Source of the DNA: Verrucomicrobiaceae bacterium
GTDB lineage: Bacteria > Pseudomonadota > Gammaproteobacteria > Pseudomonadales > CAMLJR01
Length of the DNA: 64,000 nt
Reading direction: 5' to 3'
NCBI GenBank assembly: GCA_028293825.1
Contig: JAQGNY010000015.1
Coordinates: 10,388-74,387, forward strand
The notes beneath the pieces were generated by a model. It did not search any database. It was not told the DNA's origin and was given only the letters and a program-made list of their open reading frames with translations. Within the stretch, counting starts at the first letter, position 1. Each line of letters opens with the position of its first letter. Below are positions 61,101 through 64,000 of the stretch, one piece after another. The position numbers and the translations under genes are program-made.

Positions 61101-63677
61101 TTAACGACGGCGCCGAGGCTTCGATGCTTTCGGTGTTGTACCCGGCCCCATGCGCGCGATTTTTTCGCGCTCGGTCATTTCGCCATCGGGCAATTTAACC
61201 TCGGATGAAGTCGCTTTCTTCGCCGATACCCCAGCTGCTTTTGGCGCTCTGCTCAGAGTCGATTTATTGGTAGGCGCTTTATTAGTAGAGGCTTTATTTA
61301 CAGAAGACTTATTCGCCGGCGATCTACTGCGTGGGCCTCTGCTCCTCGGCGCTTTGCCACCATCCGCTTTTTCCGTTCCCGCTTTTTGTTGCCGACGATC
61401 GCTGCGCGAAGCGCCGCCAATCATTTCGAGATCGACCTTGCGATCATCGAGATTCACGCGTGCAACCTGCACGGTAACTTTGTCGCCGAGCTGATAAAAA
61501 CGGCCGCTTTTTTCGCCGAGCAAACGGTGCTTCACCGCATCGTAATGATAATAATCGCTGGCGAGTGCACTGATATGCACGAGCCCTTCGACATACAAAT
61601 CTTTCAGCTCGACGAACAAACCAAAATTGGTAACAGCAGTCACGATACCTTCAAAGGTTTCGCCGACGCGGTCCTGCAAATATTCACACTTCAACCACGC
61701 CATTACATCGCGCGTGGCTTCATCGGCGCGGCGCTCAGTGCCCGAACATTGCGCGCCCAACGCGTGCAATTGTTTTTCGTCGTACGGATAAATTTCCGCC
61801 TGCGGCAACGGCTTCGCGCCATCGGCTGGCAATAGGCCTTTACGCGTGCCGCGCAACAAACCCATCACGCCCTTACCCTCACCGCCGCCGCGCAATAAAA
61901 AGCGAATCGCACGATGAACCAACAAATCCGGGTAGCGACGAATGGGCGAAGTGAAATGGGTGTACGCCGGATAATTCAAACCAAAGTGGCCGTGATTTTC
62001 CGATTGATAACGCGCCTGACTGAGCGAGCGCAGCATCACCGTTTGAATGACGCCAAGATCGGCGCGGTCCTGCACCTGCGCGAGCAAATGCTGATAATCG
62101 TTCGGCGTCGGTTTCGCACCACCGCCCAAATTCAAACCTAACTCGCCGAGAAATTGCCGCAACGCCAGCAACCGCTCTTCCGGCGGACCTTCATGCACGC
62201 GGTACACCGCCGGCAGTTTAATTTTCTCTAACAGTTGCGCTGTGGCGACGTTGGCCGCGAGCATGCACTCTTCGATTAACTTGTGCGCGTCGTTGCGAAC
62301 GACCGGCACAATACGCTCGATTTTACGGTCTTTACTGAACACCACTTTGGTTTCGACCGTTTCGAAATCGATCGCACCGCGCTCGTCGCGCGCACTGCGC
62401 AACGCGCCGTACAGCAAATAAAGTTGCTCGATATGCGGTACCGAATCTTTGTACTGCGAACGCCATTTGGCGTGATCGGGATGCTCTTTATCGAGTATCG
62501 AGGCGACAATGTTGTATGTAAGCCGCGCTTTCGAATGCATCACACCTTCGAAGAAACGATAGCCGCTCACTTTGCCGGCAGCGGTGATCGTCATTTCGCA
62601 AACCATGCACAGACGATCAACCTGCGGCTTCAGCGAACACAAACCGTTGGATAAGGCTTCCGGCAACATCGGCACGACGCGATCGGGAAAGTACACCGAG
62701 TTGCCGCGCTGCTGCGCTTCGCGATCGAGCGCACTGCCGACTTGCACGTAATGCGAAACATCGGCGATCGCAACCCACAAACGCCAACCGCCGCCTTTTT
62801 TCGGCTCGCAATAAACTGCGTCATCGAAATCGCGCGCGTCTTCGCCGTCAATCGTGACCAATGCCAAATCGCGGATATCGATGCGGTGTTTTTTATCGTC
62901 TTCTGTCGGCTCCGGCGCGAATGATTGCGCTTCGGCAACGGCCGCTTCCGGCCATACAAACGGAATGTTGTAAGAGCGAATCGCCACTTCGATCTCCATA
63001 CCCGGCGCCATATGCTCGCCGAGAATTTCGACCACGCGGCCACGCGCGGGCTCACGCCAACCGGGCTGTTGCGTGATCGCGACCATTACATACTGGCCCT
63101 CCTCCGCATCGCGGCTATCTTCGCGGCTGATCAAAATATCCTGATTGATGCGCGAGTTTTCCGCCGTCACCACACCGGAATCGCCGCGCCGCTCGTAACG
63201 ACCGACGATCTGTTGCGTGTTGCGCTGAATAATTTCGACGATGGTCGCCTCGCGCCGACCGCGTGCATCGAGCCCGGATTCGCGCGCCAATACCGTATCG
63301 CCGTCGAAAACCGCGCTCATCTGACGATTGCTCAGATACAGATCGCTACTGCCATCTTCGGGAATTAAAAAGCCATAGCCTTCGCGATGACCCTGCACCC
63401 GACCGCGAATCAAATCGAGCTTGGATACCAAGCAATAGGCATTGCGCCGATTGCGCATCACCTGACCATCGCGCTCCATTGCACGCAGGCGGCGACGCAA
63501 TGCCTCGATTTGCTCTTCGTCGCGCAACTCCAGTGCATCGCTGACCTGCGCATGCGTCAGCGGACCATCGCGCCCCAGCACTTCGGCTATGAATTCGCGG
63601 CTCGCGATCGGGCGCTCGTAAGTTTCCGCCTCACGGGCGGCGAAAGGGTCTTGCGATGAGGGCGGGGTTTTCGGCAT
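61101..63677 (-). CDS. rnr: Ribonuclease R
   Basis: Internal ATG at 63677 (MPKTPPSSQDPFAAREA...). Contains cold-shock-like domains, the RNB domain (...IDGEDARDFDDAVYCE...) and an S1 domain (...FGLFVEL...EGLVHIS), plus a Lys/Ser-rich basic C-terminal tail. Confidence 0.92.
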   Translation of the reverse strand: MPKTPPSSQDPFAAREAETYERPIASREFIAEVLGRDGPLTHAQVSDALELRDEEQIEALRRRLRAMERDGQVMRNRRNAYCLVSKLDLIRGRVQGHREGYGFLIPEDGSSDLYLSNRQMSAVFDGDTVLARESGLDARGRREATIVEIIQRNTQQIVGRYERRGDSGVVTAENSRINQDILISREDSRDAEEGQYVMVAITQQPGWREPARGRVVEILGEHMAPGMEIEVAIRSYNIPFVWPEAAVAEAQSFAPEPTEDDKKHRIDIRDLALVTIDGEDARDFDDAVYCEPKKGGGWRLWVAIADVSHYVQVGSALDREAQQRGNSVYFPDRVVPMLPEALSNGLCSLKPQVDRLCMVCEMTITAAGKVSGYRFFEGVMHSKARLTYNIVASILDKEHPDHAKWRSQYKDSVPHIEQLYLLYGALRSARDERGAIDFETVETKVVFSKDRKIERIVPVVRNDAHKLIEECMLAANVATAQLLEKIKLPAVYRVHEGPPEERLLALRQFLGELGLNLGGGAKPTPNDYQHLLAQVQDRADLGVIQTVMLRSLSQARYQSENHGHFGLNYPAYTHFTSPIRRYPDLLVHRAIRFLLRGGGEGKGVMGLLRGTRKGLLPADGAKPLPQAEIYPYDEKQLHALGAQCSGTERRADEATRDVMAWLKCEYLQDRVGETFEGIVTAVTNFGLFVELKDLYVEGLVHISALASDYYHYDAVKHRLLGEKSGRFYQLGDKVTVQVARVNLDDRKVDLEMIGGASRSDRRQQKAGTEKADGGKAPRSRGPRSRSPANKSSVNKASTNKAPTNKSTLSRAPKAAGVSAKKATSSEVKLPDGEMTEREKIARMGPGTTPKASKPRRRR

Positions 63678-63802
63678 GAAAGGGCGGCTTTCTCTTAGAA
63701 TAGTGACGTGAAATTGCGAAAGAGCCGGCATTATACGCAAGGATTGACAAGCGGTCGCGCGCCCATTACATTGCGCGCCTCTGAAGCGCCTTACCCCTAT
63801 AT

Positions 63803-63889
63803 GCCCAGGTGGTGAAATTGGTAGACACGCTAGCTTCAGGTGTTAGTGGCCTTACGGCCGTGGAGGTTCAAGTCCTCTCCTGGGCACCA
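63803..63889 (+). tRNA. tRNA-Leu (anticodon CAG)
   Basis: GCCCAGGTGGTGAAATTGGTAGACACGCTAGCTTCAGGTGTTAGTGGCCTTACGGCCGTGGAGGTTCAAGTCCTCTCCTGGGCACCA. Acceptor stem GCCCAGG/CCTGGGC, anticodon loop TTCAGGT, long variable arm, encoded CCA. Very similar to E. coli tRNA-Leu(CAG). Confidence 0.93.
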
Positions 63890-64000
63890 TCTTTCTTCAC
63901 CCGTTTTTCTCTTGTGTCGCTTGAACCATAACTTTGCCGCTTGGCGGCGTTATGCTTTATTCCTAAGCTGGCAAATTTATGCTTTATTTTCGCCAAGCCA

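Noticed and set aside
63890-64000. Short repeats (TTATGCTTTATT twice) and a small hairpin after tRNA-Leu that could mark an integration site
   Set aside because: The window ends here. There is no duplicated tRNA 3' segment or integrase in view, so the evidence is insufficient.

Overview
This 64-kb window is a gene-dense chromosomal segment from a moderately GC-rich gammaproteobacterium. All calls come from reading the sequence and the ORF-track translations by eye. No database search was run, so every family assignment rests on remembered motifs.

Gene order closely follows Pseudomonas/Cellvibrio-type genomes:
- hemE-gltD-gltB-(AAA/SPOR protein)-aroB-aroK-pilQPONM, divergent from ponA
- ubiE-ubiJ-ubiB ... 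hisI-hisE-tatABC
- dnaB-rplI-(membrane protein)-rpsR-rpsF
- rlmB-rnr-tRNA-Leu

Other recognisable blocks:
- a formamide/short-chain-amide utilisation locus (UrtA/FmdD-like binding protein divergent from fmdA-fmdB) with two facing sigma54-type promoters
- a PilZ (YcgR-like) gene
- lemA plus a GIDE-like membrane protein
- mtnA and tRNA-Pro(CGG)
- a large acyl-CoA dehydrogenase
- bioB-bioF-(bioH::bioC fusion)-bioD
- comF, srkA, cysE and an M48 peptidase
- a PA0069-type radical SAM gene, an esterase, a DUF4136 lipoprotein and a TonB-dependent siderophore receptor
- radA

I saw no rRNA, CRISPR array, transposase or integrase.

The most interesting unexplained element is a translationally coupled gene pair between radA and ubiE (46667-48404). 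The first gene encodes three tandem DnaT-type ssDNA-binding domains. The second encodes a phage-lambda-P-like (DnaB-loader-like) protein. The pair sits in a host-like, non-prophage context, so it is a candidate domesticated helicase-loading or replication-restart module.

Secondary leads:
- lemA plus a GIDE-like protein carrying a perfect EF-hand loop
- a 75-aa protein with flagellar-rod-like termini coupled to an HExxH 'SprA-related' protein
- an orphan GvpU-like gene with foreign codon usage beside tRNA-Pro
- a dense palindromic array inside the bio operon
- an SRPBCC gene flanked by 14-bp direct repeats
- an ExeA-like AAA / DamX-like SPOR fusion next to the pilQ secretin cluster
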